Below are positions 43,127-55,100 of a stretch of 64,000 nt of DNA, in pieces. Both the position numbers and the translations under genes were made by a program. Positions within the stretch are counted from its first letter, which is position 1. Each line of letters begins with the position of its first letter. The notes beneath the pieces were generated by a model. That model was not told where the DNA came from. It worked only from the letters and a program-made list of their open reading frames with translations, and made no database searches. Origin of the DNA: Octopus vulgaris. Taxonomy: Eukaryota. The stretch covers positions 9,672,001 to 9,736,000 of the forward strand of contig OX597830.1 in assembly GCA_951406725.2 (NCBI GenBank), in the 5' to 3' direction.

Positions 43127-43507
43127 TTATATATGCGTGTGTGCGTGTATATGTATATGTGCATGCGTGCACTAGTATTTTGAGCATATCTGAATGCGAT
43201 TGGCTACGTATATATCTGCATGTCTGCCTTTGTTGGTGGGCAGGCAGGCATTGGTAGAATATTTGCGGGGACAAAATAACGGTGTTTATCAACAATATAA
43301 TTAGTGGTTAGAAGTGAATAAAAGTTAAGAACGTGGGAAAAATTTCTTACAGAAATTTCCTTCTTATTTGCAATGTTACACGAATCGGTTTTGATGGTAT
43401 CGGATAATTATCAAGTAAGATGGCGAAAATTCTTACGCTGAAAAATTGGAAGTGACTGCGTCCTTTCCTAAAATATTCTGGTGATAATTACACAGGGTGC
43501 TTTTACA

Positions 43508-43550
<43 letters not shown>

Positions 43551-43943
43551 TGGTATGTATGTATATACATACATATATACATATATACATATATATGTGT
43601 ATATACATATAGGTATATATGTATATACCTATAAATATATATACTTGCGTGTGTGTATGTATTGCTATATATGGTATTGTGTATGTGTATGTCTATGAGG
43701 GTTGGATTTTGTGCATGTTACTAATGGTTGCACTCTTGCATTATGGGATTGGTGTAGACAGAAAGTCATACGCATAAATACATATACCTGCATATACACT
43801 TGCACAGATACACGTTTATATAAACCATAGACATCTGCACTTATAGCACATAGATATATTATGTGTCTGTTCATAAACACACACATATATATGAATAGAT
43901 GCATTTCTGTATATTTAGGTGTATATATGTGCGTATGTGTGTT

Positions 43944-43981
<38 letters not shown>

Positions 43982-44642
43982 GATATATATTCATACACGC
44001 ATACATACATACATACGTACATTTACATGAATGGAAGAGATGCATGAAATATTAACGGCACCAAAACTACTAGTCTTGCAGGAGCAAAATAATGCCATGG
44101 GTACAGTCTGGTTCTCTAGACACAATTCTTTAAAATATCTGTCCGTATGAGCGTATATATATATATGCGGGTGCGCATGTGTATGTATGGACATGCGCGC
44201 TTACGCGATTACTATGAACATTTTTACTCCCTTACCTTTACTCCCTCCCCTTACTTAGAGGTCATTCTAATAGCGCTTTTGTCTTAATGACTGTCAATCA
44301 CAGTAATTTCCCTTTATTTTAACGGTCATTAACCGAAGAGATAACTGAACCGCATACATCTAAGATCTAAACACGCTCTTTACAGCTGAAAATGTGTTTT
44401 CACAAACTATAGAAACCGAAGAATCCAAAGAAAATGGTGGCGGTGTACGATCATACACAATTCGTCTAGAGGAGGTTTCATGGATGATTTTTGTTCAATT
44501 CGCGTGAAATGCAAAGTACAAAGTAAAATATCTTTCTATACGACACCAGTTCTAGGTAAAAGTTTCTGCAAAAATCTTCTTCGTCAATGGACGCATATGG
44601 ATATATCTATATGCATACATATAATATACATACACATAAACA

Positions 44643-44851
44643 CGACCGCGTGTGTACCGTTGGCGATTTTTTTCATCCGTCTTCCCTTCCTTGGATCTAT
44701 CCTTTTCCTATGTTTCTGACGAAGAGCTCCGCTCCAAACGTTAAATCCTCCTTCTTTCTTTCCTTCCTTCCTGAGCGTCCAATAATACTATATTTGTTCC
44801 ACGTCCTCGCATTGTGGTGTTTTCTCTTTGTGTTTTCATGTTTGGATTAAC

Positions 44852-44852
<1 letters not shown>
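44643..44852 (+). mobile_element. Family H1 copy (hammerhead GAAA mutated to CAAA)
   Basis: Near-colinear with 13772-13970. Confidence 0.75.
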
Positions 44853-44883
<31 letters not shown>

Positions 44884-44917
44884 TGTATGTATGTATGTAT
44901 GTATGTATGTATGTATG

Positions 44918-45015
<98 letters not shown>

Positions 45016-45036
45016 TATATATATATATATATATAT

Positions 45037-45434
45037 AGGTGCAGGAGTGGCTGTGTGGTAAGTAGCTTGCTAATCAACCACATGGTTCCGTGTTCAGTGC
45101 CACTGCGTGGCATCTTGAGCAAGTGTCATCTACTATAGCCCCGGGCCGACCAATGCTTTGTGAGTGGATTTCGTAGACGGAAACTGAAAGAAGCCTGTTG
45201 TATATATGTATATATATATATGTGTGTATGTGTGTGTTTGTGTGTCTGTGTTTGTCCCCCTAGCATTGCTTGACAACCGATGCTGGCGTGTTTACGTCCT
45301 CGTCACTTAGCGGTTCGGCAAAAGAGACCAATAGAATAAGTACTGGGCTTACAAAGAATAAGTTCCGGGGTCGATTTGCTCGACTAAAGGCGGTATTCCA
45401 GCATGGCCGCAGTCAAATGACTGAAACAAGTAAA

Positions 45435-45435
<1 letters not shown>
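45037..45435 (+). mobile_element. SINE family A
   Basis: Full copy inside (TA)n. Confidence 0.9.
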
Positions 45436-45530
<95 letters not shown>

Positions 45531-45723
45531 TATATATAGTTAATCCAAACATGAACAAAGAGAAAACACAACAACGCGAGGACATGGAACAAGTAATAGT
45601 GTTATTGGATGCTCAGGAAAGGAAATAAAGAAGGAGTTCTTCGTCAGAAACATAGGAAAAGGAAAGATCCAAGGAAGGGAGAAAGAAAATCGCCAACGAT
45701 ACACGCGCGATCACATATTGAAT

Positions 45724-46112
45724 ACTCTTTTACTCTTTTACTTGTTTCAAGTCATTTGACTGCGGCCATGCAGGAGCACCGCCTTTAATCGAGCATCTCG
45801 ACCCCGGGACTTATTCTTTGTAAGCCCAGTACTTATTCTATCGTTCTGTTTTGCTGAACCGATAAGTGACGGGGACATAAACACACCAGCATCGGTTGTC
45901 AAGCAATGCTAGGGGGGCAAACACAGACACACAAACACATACACATACATATATATACATACATATATACGACGGGCTTCTTTCAGTTTCCCTCTACCAA
46001 ATCCGCTCACAAGGCTTTGGTCGGCCCGAGGCTATAGTAGAAGACACTTGCCCAAGGTGCCACGCACTGGGACTGAACCCGGAACCATGTGGCTGGTAAA
46101 CAAGCTACTTAC
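45724..46112 (-). mobile_element. SINE family A
   Basis: Near-full copy, inverted relative to 45037-45435. Confidence 0.9.
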
Positions 46113-46822
46113 GACAGGAGAAAAAGACAGCATTAAAAATAGCAACGGGTTGTTTTATATTTCAAGCATAGCTTTTCTTCGGAAACAGGAGACACAGGAA
46201 AGTCCAAAAGAAAAGGGAGGAGGAGGAAAAAATTGCCAATACTCCACGTGTAGTTACCTTTGTTGAAATAACCGGAAGTAGCTGGTCAAAGAGAAAGTGC
46301 TTTCTGGGACAGGAGAGTGCGAAGAATGGTTGGTATCTGTGTGATTGTGTGTGCGCGTGTCTGTGTGAAGCAGTATCTGAGCGTGTGTGTATCTGGTAGC
46401 GTGTGTACGTATGGTGATGGTGACTTGTGTGTGTATGTGTGATACCGAGTGTGTGTGTGGAACTAACTGAGTGTGTGTGTGTGTAGTGGAGCGTGTGTGC
46501 GCGTGGTTGTAATTGAGTGTTTGTGTGCCTCGTGTGTTTGGTATTAACTGTTTACCTGTGTTTGTCTGAGTGGTCTGAGTCTGTCAATGTCGTAGTGAGA
46601 GATCAGCAGCTATGGTGACAGGAGTGTGTACAGGTGGTTGTAGCAGTTTGAGCGTGCGTGTGTATGTGTGTGTGTGTATGTATGTGTGTTTGTTTGCACG
46701 TGTGTGTAGATGTGATGGTCAGTAGTGAGATGCAGCAGTTTGAAGGGTATCTGAGAAGCTATTCCTAAAAATAATAATGTTCGTGGCTGTGAGCGTAAAA
46801 GCCGTATATGTAATATTAATAA

Positions 46823-47185
46823 CTAGCATTATGACCCGGCAACGCCGGGTCATAGTGCTAGTGCATGCATATACAGCTGCGTGTGTGTGCACATACACGT
46901 GAGTACTGTCCAAATCTCCGACCAATCACATACAGCTAGCTGGCATTCAATTGGCGTATCAAGTTTCGGGCATTTTGATTGGGTTTTGGATAGAAAATTC
47001 ACCCAAAATCACTTCTATTGATTTTTTTAATGGCTTTGCGGGGTGACTGGGGAAATGTAAAGATGTGCACGACCACCCTTGAACGGTTTTAAATGACCAT
47101 AGAAAGTGCGAGCCCTCTAACGGAAAAATTTGTGGATTTGTATAAAGGACACACACGCAGACATTTTGCCGTTTGTATATATAGA
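46823..47185 (-). mobile_element. Non-autonomous Helitron
   Basis: Minus strand starts A|TC and ends CTAG|T, with a GC-rich subterminal hairpin ATGACCCGGC-GTT-GCCGGGTCAT. No TSD. Confidence 0.75.
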
Positions 47186-47205
47186 TTATATGAATATATT
47201 TATAT

Positions 47206-47541
47206 ATACTAGGGTACTCCATTCGCACCTGCTTCGTTAAAAATGGTGTCCAAGTGTGTTCGGCCACTAAAACGCATTTACAGGTATGGTAATTAGAGAA
47301 TTCTAGTAGCTGTCCCTTGCAGATTTGTCTAAAGAGAATCGAGTGCCATTGGCGCTAAATTCGAAACCGTGATATCAAATTAACCGACATTCCTCCTGCG
47401 TCCGTTGCGGAGGTAAGACGCGAATCTTATTCACTATTGTTCTTCCTATCATTCCTGTGTTAATTTAGTAAGCCTTCTGCGACTCAGAAGTATTTTGACT
47501 TCTATGTTTAGCGAAGCAGGTGCTTATAGAGTAACCTAGTA
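47206..47541. mobile_element. ~335-bp element with 35-bp imperfect TIRs ending TACTAG/CTAGTA
   Basis: TACTAGGGTACTCCATTCGCACCTGCTTCGTTAAA / TTTAGCGAAGCAGGTGCTTATAGAGTAACCTAGTA. A second partial copy lies at ~47910-48180. Confidence 0.7.
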
Positions 47542-47638
47542 TATTTAAATATATTTATATATCTTATATATATTTATTAATTTTACGCTCACGGCCATTA
47601 ACGTTATTATTTATTAGGAATAATATAATTCTTTTATA

Positions 47639-47871
47639 CAGGGTGTTCAAAAAGTCTCTCCGCGGTAAGTATGGCAAAATAAATATTTATAAGACGGTAT
47701 AGGACTAACAAAAGAATATATTAGACTTTACAAGACTTTAAAAACTTTTATAAGAGGTGCTGAAAGTATCGTCCTTCATTTTCAATAGACAAAAGTTAAC
47801 TCTTCTACAAATGTTTTGAAATATATTTTGGATGAAAAAATTCACTGCGGAGAGACTTTTTGAACACCCTG
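47639..47871. mobile_element. Tc1/mariner-type MITE, 233 bp
   Basis: Perfect 25-bp TIR CAGGGTGTTCAAAAAGTCTCTCCGC with TA on both sides. Confidence 0.9.
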
Positions 47872-48747
47872 TATTTGTAAATAATTTCACATGGATCGTT
47901 TGTTTCAATGGTGTTCGGCCACACAAACGAATTTACAGGCATTATAGTGAATTCTAGTAGCTGTCCTTTGCAGATTGACTGAACAGAATCAGGTGCCATT
48001 AGCGCTAAATTCGAAATCACAATACCAAATTGACAGCATTCCTCCTGTGTCCTTTGCTAATCTTATTCGCTAATTTTTTTTCTCTATCATGTCTGTCTTA
48101 ATTTAGTAATTCTTCTGTGGCTAATAAGTATTTTGACATCTATTTTTAGCGAAGCATGTGCTTATGGAGTACACTTGTGTATATAGAGACCAGGGAACAG
48201 AAGAAAGAAGAAGAAAGAAGACATGCATCCAACACCAGAGCTGAAGACACCTCCGAAAGGGTGGGGGGCGCCACGTCAAAACAGTAGAGAAGTAGGGGCC
48301 GAAACCGGACGTGGTTCCTCCTGATGATGTCTTGAGCTAACTGGATCCTATAAAGGAGCTGTTGTGTTAGCAGGCCACGAAACACGGTTGTAATTCCTCT
48401 GTGTGTTTGCGTGTGTGTTTGTGTATGTATACATTCATACATACACACATGCACACACACACACACACGCACACACACGAACACGCAGGCACACACATAC
48501 ACACGTACGCACTCACTCACTCACACACGAACACACGCGCACACATGCGCACCACACAGACACATGTTAAGGAAGAGCAATGTCGAAATGTGAATGTAGC
48601 AATCAGGTGGTGGACGTCTGTCGTTGATGATAATATGGTGTGGAACAGCTTATCTCTGGAACAAACATGACGAACGTTGGAGGGGGGTGGGATGATAGGT
48701 TTGTCGGGTAGAGAGGGCCCTTTGCGAGGATGAAAAGGGTGTGGTCC

Positions 48748-48921
48748 ATGACGATGGCCATGATGATGACGATGACGATGACGATGATGATGATGATGAT
48801 GGCGCAGGCGTTGGTGGTGGTGGTGGTGGTGTTGGCAGTGCTGCTGTTTATGGTGATGCAGATGATGATAACAGAAACAGGACTGTTTGCTGCTGCTGCT
48901 GATGATGATGATGACGACGAC

Positions 48922-48988
<67 letters not shown>

Positions 48989-48992
48989 TTGA

Positions 48993-49024
<32 letters not shown>

Positions 49025-49062
49025 ACGATGATGATGATGATGGTGGTGGTGGTGGTGGTGAC

Positions 49063-49112
<50 letters not shown>

Positions 49113-49122
49113 CGATGATGAC

Positions 49123-49156
<34 letters not shown>

Positions 49157-49320
49157 TTGATGATGTTGATGATGATGATGATGATGGTGATGGTGGTGGT
49201 GGTGATGATGATGATGATGATGATGATGATGGGGATGATGATGACGCTCATGATGACAATCATCAAAGCATTAGTTCCGATGGCAATGGTGTTGTTGTTG
49301 ATGATGATGATGATGATGCT
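48748..49320. repeat. (GAT)n/(GGT)n low-complexity tract
   Basis: Read directly from the sequence. Confidence 0.95.
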
Positions 49321-50710
49321 TCTATTATAGAAAAGACGAGACTTCATGCAGGCGATTTAAAAGACATTGAGACGAAAGAGATAAGGAAAGAAGAGAAAGG
49401 AAGAGAGAGAAAAAGAGAGAGAGAGAGTAAGGAAGACAGAGAGAAAGAGAGAGAGGGAGAGAGTGGAGACAGAATCAGACAGAGTCAGACAGGATGAAGA
49501 CGGATGTTGAAAGTCGATGTAAGATGACACTAAATGGCTGCGTCGCTGTCATTGTGCTCCACTCCCTTTTTTTTTAATATTCATATATGTGCTTTCGGCG
49601 ACTTTTTTCCTTTTCCCTTTCTCCTTCCCGACGAAGTACTCTGCTCGAAATCCAAAAACTTTCTCTCTTTACTGAGCGTCTAACACATTCCGTGTGCACA
49701 CCTCTTGTTTGCTATTGTTATTTTTAATTTCTTTCGATTAATTTGACGATACATACATACACATATGTGTTTATGTGTGCGTGAGTATATATATATATAT
49801 ATATATTGTGTGTGTGTGCGAGTATATATGTGCGTGTATGTGTGTGTGTGTGTGTGTGTGCGCGTATATACATATACTCCAGCGATGTAACTACACGTTT
49901 GCTTTCGGCGATTCTATTATTCTTTGGACTTTTCCCTTTTTCCTTTTTTTCTTTTCCGACGAAGTGCTATGCTCGAAATATCAAAAACTTTCTCACTTTA
50001 CTGAGCGTCTAACTAACACACCCCGTGTGCCCACCCTCTTGTTTCGTTATTGTTATTTTTAATTTACTTTCATTTGACTTGACTATACACACATACACAT
50101 ATGTGTTTTGTGTCTGTTTTTGTGTGTGTGTGTATGTAAATATTCACATATACTTATATGAATGATATAATAGAGAGTCAGTGTTTGTTGCATAATTAAC
50201 CAATTAATTCGAGTGAATCATTAACTAAGAAGCAATTATGCGAACCAAACTGATCATACGAATAAAGTAACTCCATTTATTGAATGCATACAGTAATTAG
50301 CTCCTTGGCTCTCATTACACAGATCAAGTGGTTGTTCTCATTTCAACTGACAGCAGTAAATAACTCTGATATGAAGAAAACGGGATATAAAACTTGGCAA
50401 TTAGTTTCCCATTTCCTTCTGTAACGTGAGAAATGGAAGAGACATGTTTTTTTCATTGCCACCGAACAGTGAAGGCTCCGTTGCGTTTCGAAAAGATTTA
50501 CCTTGCAACGATACGCAAAAACATCGTGCAGTAGATCTCGACTGGGGTTCGTAAGGATTTTGGAGGTCCGTATATAATGTCTTGTAAAAATTCAAGTGCG
50601 ATAAAATTGGTTATGATGCATGATACTACAATACGCAAAATATTTCAAGAATTTTATCGTACAACTGAGAGTGGATTTGGTAGATGGAGACTGAAAGAAG
50701 CCAAGCCAGT

Positions 50711-50772
<62 letters not shown>

Positions 50773-50779
50773 AACACAT

Positions 50780-50830
<51 letters not shown>

Positions 50831-50833
50831 TAT

Positions 50834-50998
50834 AGGCGTAGGAGTGGCTGTGTGGTAAGTAGCTTGTTTACCAACCACATGGTTCCGGGCTTAGTCTCAC
50901 TGCGTGGCACCTTGGGCAAGTGTCTTTTCCTATAGCCTCGGGCCGACCAAAGCCTTTGTAAGTGGATTTGGTAGACGGAAACTGAAAGCAGACTGTCG

Positions 50999-51042
<44 letters not shown>

Positions 51043-51190
51043 TCCCCTCATCAGAAGTTGCTGTGTTTACGTCCCCGTAACTTAGAGGTTCGGCCAAATA
51101 GACGGATAGGGTATTAGGCTTACAAGGAATGAGTTCTGGAGTGGTGCTCCAGCATGGCCGCAGTCAACTGACTGTCACAAGTAAAAGAGA
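50834..51190 (+). mobile_element. SINE family A with internal deletions
   Basis: Intact head AGGCGTAGGAGTGGCTGTGTGG..., tail present. Confidence 0.85.
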
Positions 51191-51514
51191 ATAAAACAAA
51201 TAAAAGAATTCCTAAAAATAAGCAATTATATATGTAAGGGAGTGAGCAAGAAAAATTGTCAAAATGCCGTCCGTCTTTAGGTTCTGAGTTCAAATTCCAC
51301 TGAGATCAACGTGACTTTTAATCCTTTTGGAATCGATAAAATATGTACCAGCTGCAGACTTTTCTGGCTCGAAATTGCTAACATTATTGCAAAATATGAA
51401 ACCATTATTCAATTATGGAAATATAGCAGGATTTTATTTAGACATCGAATGGCTAGGAAGGTCCAGAAGAGTAAAACAAGAATCGAAGAGGTCCATAGGT
51501 GTCTGCCTGCATAT

Positions 51515-51585
<71 letters not shown>

Positions 51586-52151
51586 CCTGTCTGTCTGTAT
51601 GTCTGTCTGTCCCTTGGTCTATCTATCTATCACTCTATCTTTCTAAGTAGCTATTTAACAATCTATTTACCTTGTTACACACACGTACGTGCACAGACAG
51701 ATACAGACACACACACGCAGGAAATGTTAAGTAGTTGCGAATGATTTTGCAGATTTGTCAAAACTGCTTTATCAGCTAGTTATGTCACTTACCCACTAGT
51801 ACTTTCAAGTCAATCTCAATTATTGAAATATTTAACATCTATCAATGTATGTATGGAAATATAGCAATCTCTAATGAAATAAGGCTGAAACATTAGGGAA
51901 ACTTATCCCCGTGTGATCACTTGGCATTAGTCACTAAATTACGTGTAATGATGCAAGAAATAAATGCTTTCACTTTGTATGTCACCGGATTGAATGGTAT
52001 TGCCGAGGTGCCGAAACCATAATGATATCCGTGGGGCAGCTGACGATGGAGGTGTGTTAGATTGTTGGTATGGCTGTTTTTGTATATGTGGAATAGTAGT
52101 GTTGGTGTGACTGTGGAATAGTGTTATAACACATCCATATATAAATTAATT

Positions 52152-55100
52152 TATGTCAGGTCTCCGCTTGGAGCTACTGGTAACATGTAACCCAGTACAA
52201 CCTGTTACATGGTCGGGTCGTTGGCGACTAAACTGGCAACCCCACCAAGATTTCTTGGTGAGGAGGGTGATTTGGACACCCAGCAGGACTAAAAACAAAA
52301 CCTGTCAAAGGGCAGAGGAACTCTCTCATGAGTCAATGGCCATCCAAAATCCGGAGTGGAGCCCCTAAGGCGGTTGGATTGCGCCATGCGTGCCACCTTC
52401 CGGCAGCTCCTGCATCTTGGTCTACCCCCAGTCGTCTTGACTTTGTCTTGCCACTGGATCCGGCGCACCAGGACGAGAGAGTGAGGCTGATCCTGCGCAA
52501 GTCACCCTCACTATAATCCAAGTCACGCGCATGTCACGACATCATGACGCCATGACACCGTCCCAAAGTCCTGTGGCGATGGGGAAACGGCGAAGTAGCA
52601 GGTGAGGATACACTGGGAGCTGCAGTCGTGAACCCCACACATGTGGTCGCCCCTCACTGAACTGAGGCAGCAGTGGAGTCCGGCAGCCTCCTGAGTGACC
52701 GAGCAGCCCTCTTCAGGATCACTCTGCTCGCCTCCCCAGCATGAGGACGGGGCTAGAAAAGGTTGCCCTAAACATAGCCTGCCTCACCTCACCCTGGTCA
52801 GCAAACCGCGGCTGGCGGGGATCCTTTCCAAGCGGTCGAAACAAAGAAAGAAGAAAACAAACAAAGGTGCTCACTTTCGCAACTTGGAACGTGAGAACTC
52901 TGCTTGACAACACCAAAGCGGACAGACCAGAGAGACGAACTGCCCTGGTGGCCAGAGAACTGAGCCGATACAGTGTCGATATTGCAGCACTGAGCGAGAC
53001 CCGCCTTGCGGACAAAGGCCAGCTGACAGAGACAGGCGGCGGCTACACTTTCTTTTGGAGTGGTCGCAGCAGCGAAGAGCGTCGTGAGGCTGGTGTTGGT
53101 TTTGCCATTAAGTCAGTACACGTGCGGAAACTGGAAAGCCCCCCCGAGGGTATCAACGATCGGCTGATGAAGATGCAGCTCCCACTTGGAAACAAGACTA
53201 GTGCGACCATCATCAGTGCTTACGCCCCCACCATGACCAACCCTGAAGAAGTTAAGGACAGGTTCTATGAGGAACTCGACTCCCTCATCACGTCAGCCCA
53301 GCCTGGGAAGCTCATCCTCCTTGGGGATTTTAACGCCCGTGTCGGGACTGACCACCAAGCCTGGCATCGCGTACTGGGAAAGCAAGGAATCGGAAAGTGC
53401 AACAGCAACGGACAGCTCCTCCTGCGTGCGTGTGCCTCTCATGATCTTACCATCGCCAACACCTTGTTCCGTCTGCCAACACGCAACAAGACATCATGGA
53501 TGCATCCACGCTCCAAACACTGGCATCTGATAGATTACGTCATCGTCAGGGCGAAAGACAGGCGGGACGTGAGACTGGTCAAAGCCATGTGCGGAGCTGA
53601 CTGCTGGACGGACCATCGCCTCATCATCTCCAGGATGGATTTCTACATCCGACCTAAGAGAAGACCACAGGGTCAGAAAGTGACGAGGAAGCTTAACATC
53701 ACGAAATTAAAGAACCAGCTGACTGCACAAGATCTCCAGTCACGTATGGACAGTAAGCTGTTGGACATTCGGAGTGACCAGTCCAGCATCGATGAGCAGT
53801 GGGAATCATTCAGGGACACGGTTCATTCCATCGCCCTTGAAACTCTGGGCCAAATTACGAGGAACCACCAGGACTGGTTCGACGAAAACGACCAGGAAAT
53901 CCAAAAGCTCCTGGAAGAGAAACGCCGTCTGCTGCGGGCTCACCAAAACGACACCACCTGCACGGCAAAGAAGGCCGCTTTCAACAACATTCGCAGCACA
54001 GTCCAGGCTAAACTCCGCCTCATGCAAGACGCATGGTTAAGCGCCAAGGCGGATGAGATTCAGGGATACGCAGACAAACACGACACCAAGAAATTCTACG
54101 AGGCGCTGAAAGCTGTCTATGGACCGCAGTTCTCCTTTGGATCAACCCCCCTGCTCAGCTCAGATGGAACCTCACTCCTGACTAACAAGAGGCTGATCCT
54201 GGAGAGATGGGCGGAGCACTTCAACATCGTGCTCAACCGACCAGCCCAGATCAACGAGGAAGCCATCGCACGACTCCCCCAGGTGCCGACAAACCACGGG
54301 TTGGCTGTTCCCCCTGCAGTCGAGGAAGTGAGCAGAGCCATCAAAAAAATGTCCACCGGCAAGGCTCCAGGCTCTGACGCCATCCCTGCAGAGGTGTTCA
54401 AGTCGGGCGGCCCCACCATGATCAGTCAGCTCACCAGCCTGTTCCAATCGATGTGGGACAGGGAACAACTCCCTCAAGATTTCCGGGACGCAACAATCGT
54501 CCACATTTATAAGCGGAAAGGAGATCGGCAGTCCTGCGACAACCACCGAGGTATTTCCCTCTTGTCCATAGCAGGCAAGATCCTGGCCCGGGTCCTGCTT
54601 GACCGCCTTCTGGAACACTTGGAGCAAGGCCTTCTCCCTGAGAGCCAGTGTGGCTTCCGTGCGGGTCGAGGGACCACTGACATGATATTCGCCGCCCGCC
54701 AGCTCCAGGAGAAATGCATGGAGCAGCACCTTGACCTCTGCATGACCTTTGTTGACCTCACCAAGGCCTTTGATACAGTCAGTCGGGAGGGACTATGGAA
54801 GGTCATGGGAAAATTTGGTTGCCCCAGCAAATTTATTGCAATTGTCCGCCAGTTCCACGACGGAATGACAGCCAGAATCCTTGAAGACGGCGACTCATCT
54901 GAAGCCTTCCAGGTGACCAACGGAGTCAGGCAGGGCTGTGTCCTGGCCCCAACACTGTTCAGCATCATGTTCTCGGCAATGATGTCCGACGCCTTTAGGG
55001 ACTGCAAGTCCGGTATCAACATCAAGTACAGGACAGACGGGAAACTTTTCAACTCCAGGAGATTGCAGGCTGTCACAAAGGTGAGGGAGACAGTCGTCAG

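Noticed and set aside
48235-48400. CTGAAGA/CTGATGA and three GAAA motifs
   Set aside because: Helices I-III could not be paired simultaneously in any register tried; at most a decayed ribozyme element.
48517-49497. 255-276 aa poly-Asp/poly-Ile/His ORFs with a unique stretch at ~48590-48750
   Set aside because: Driven by (GAT)n. The unique part has no recognisable domain or clear splice sites, though a UTR or exon cannot be excluded.
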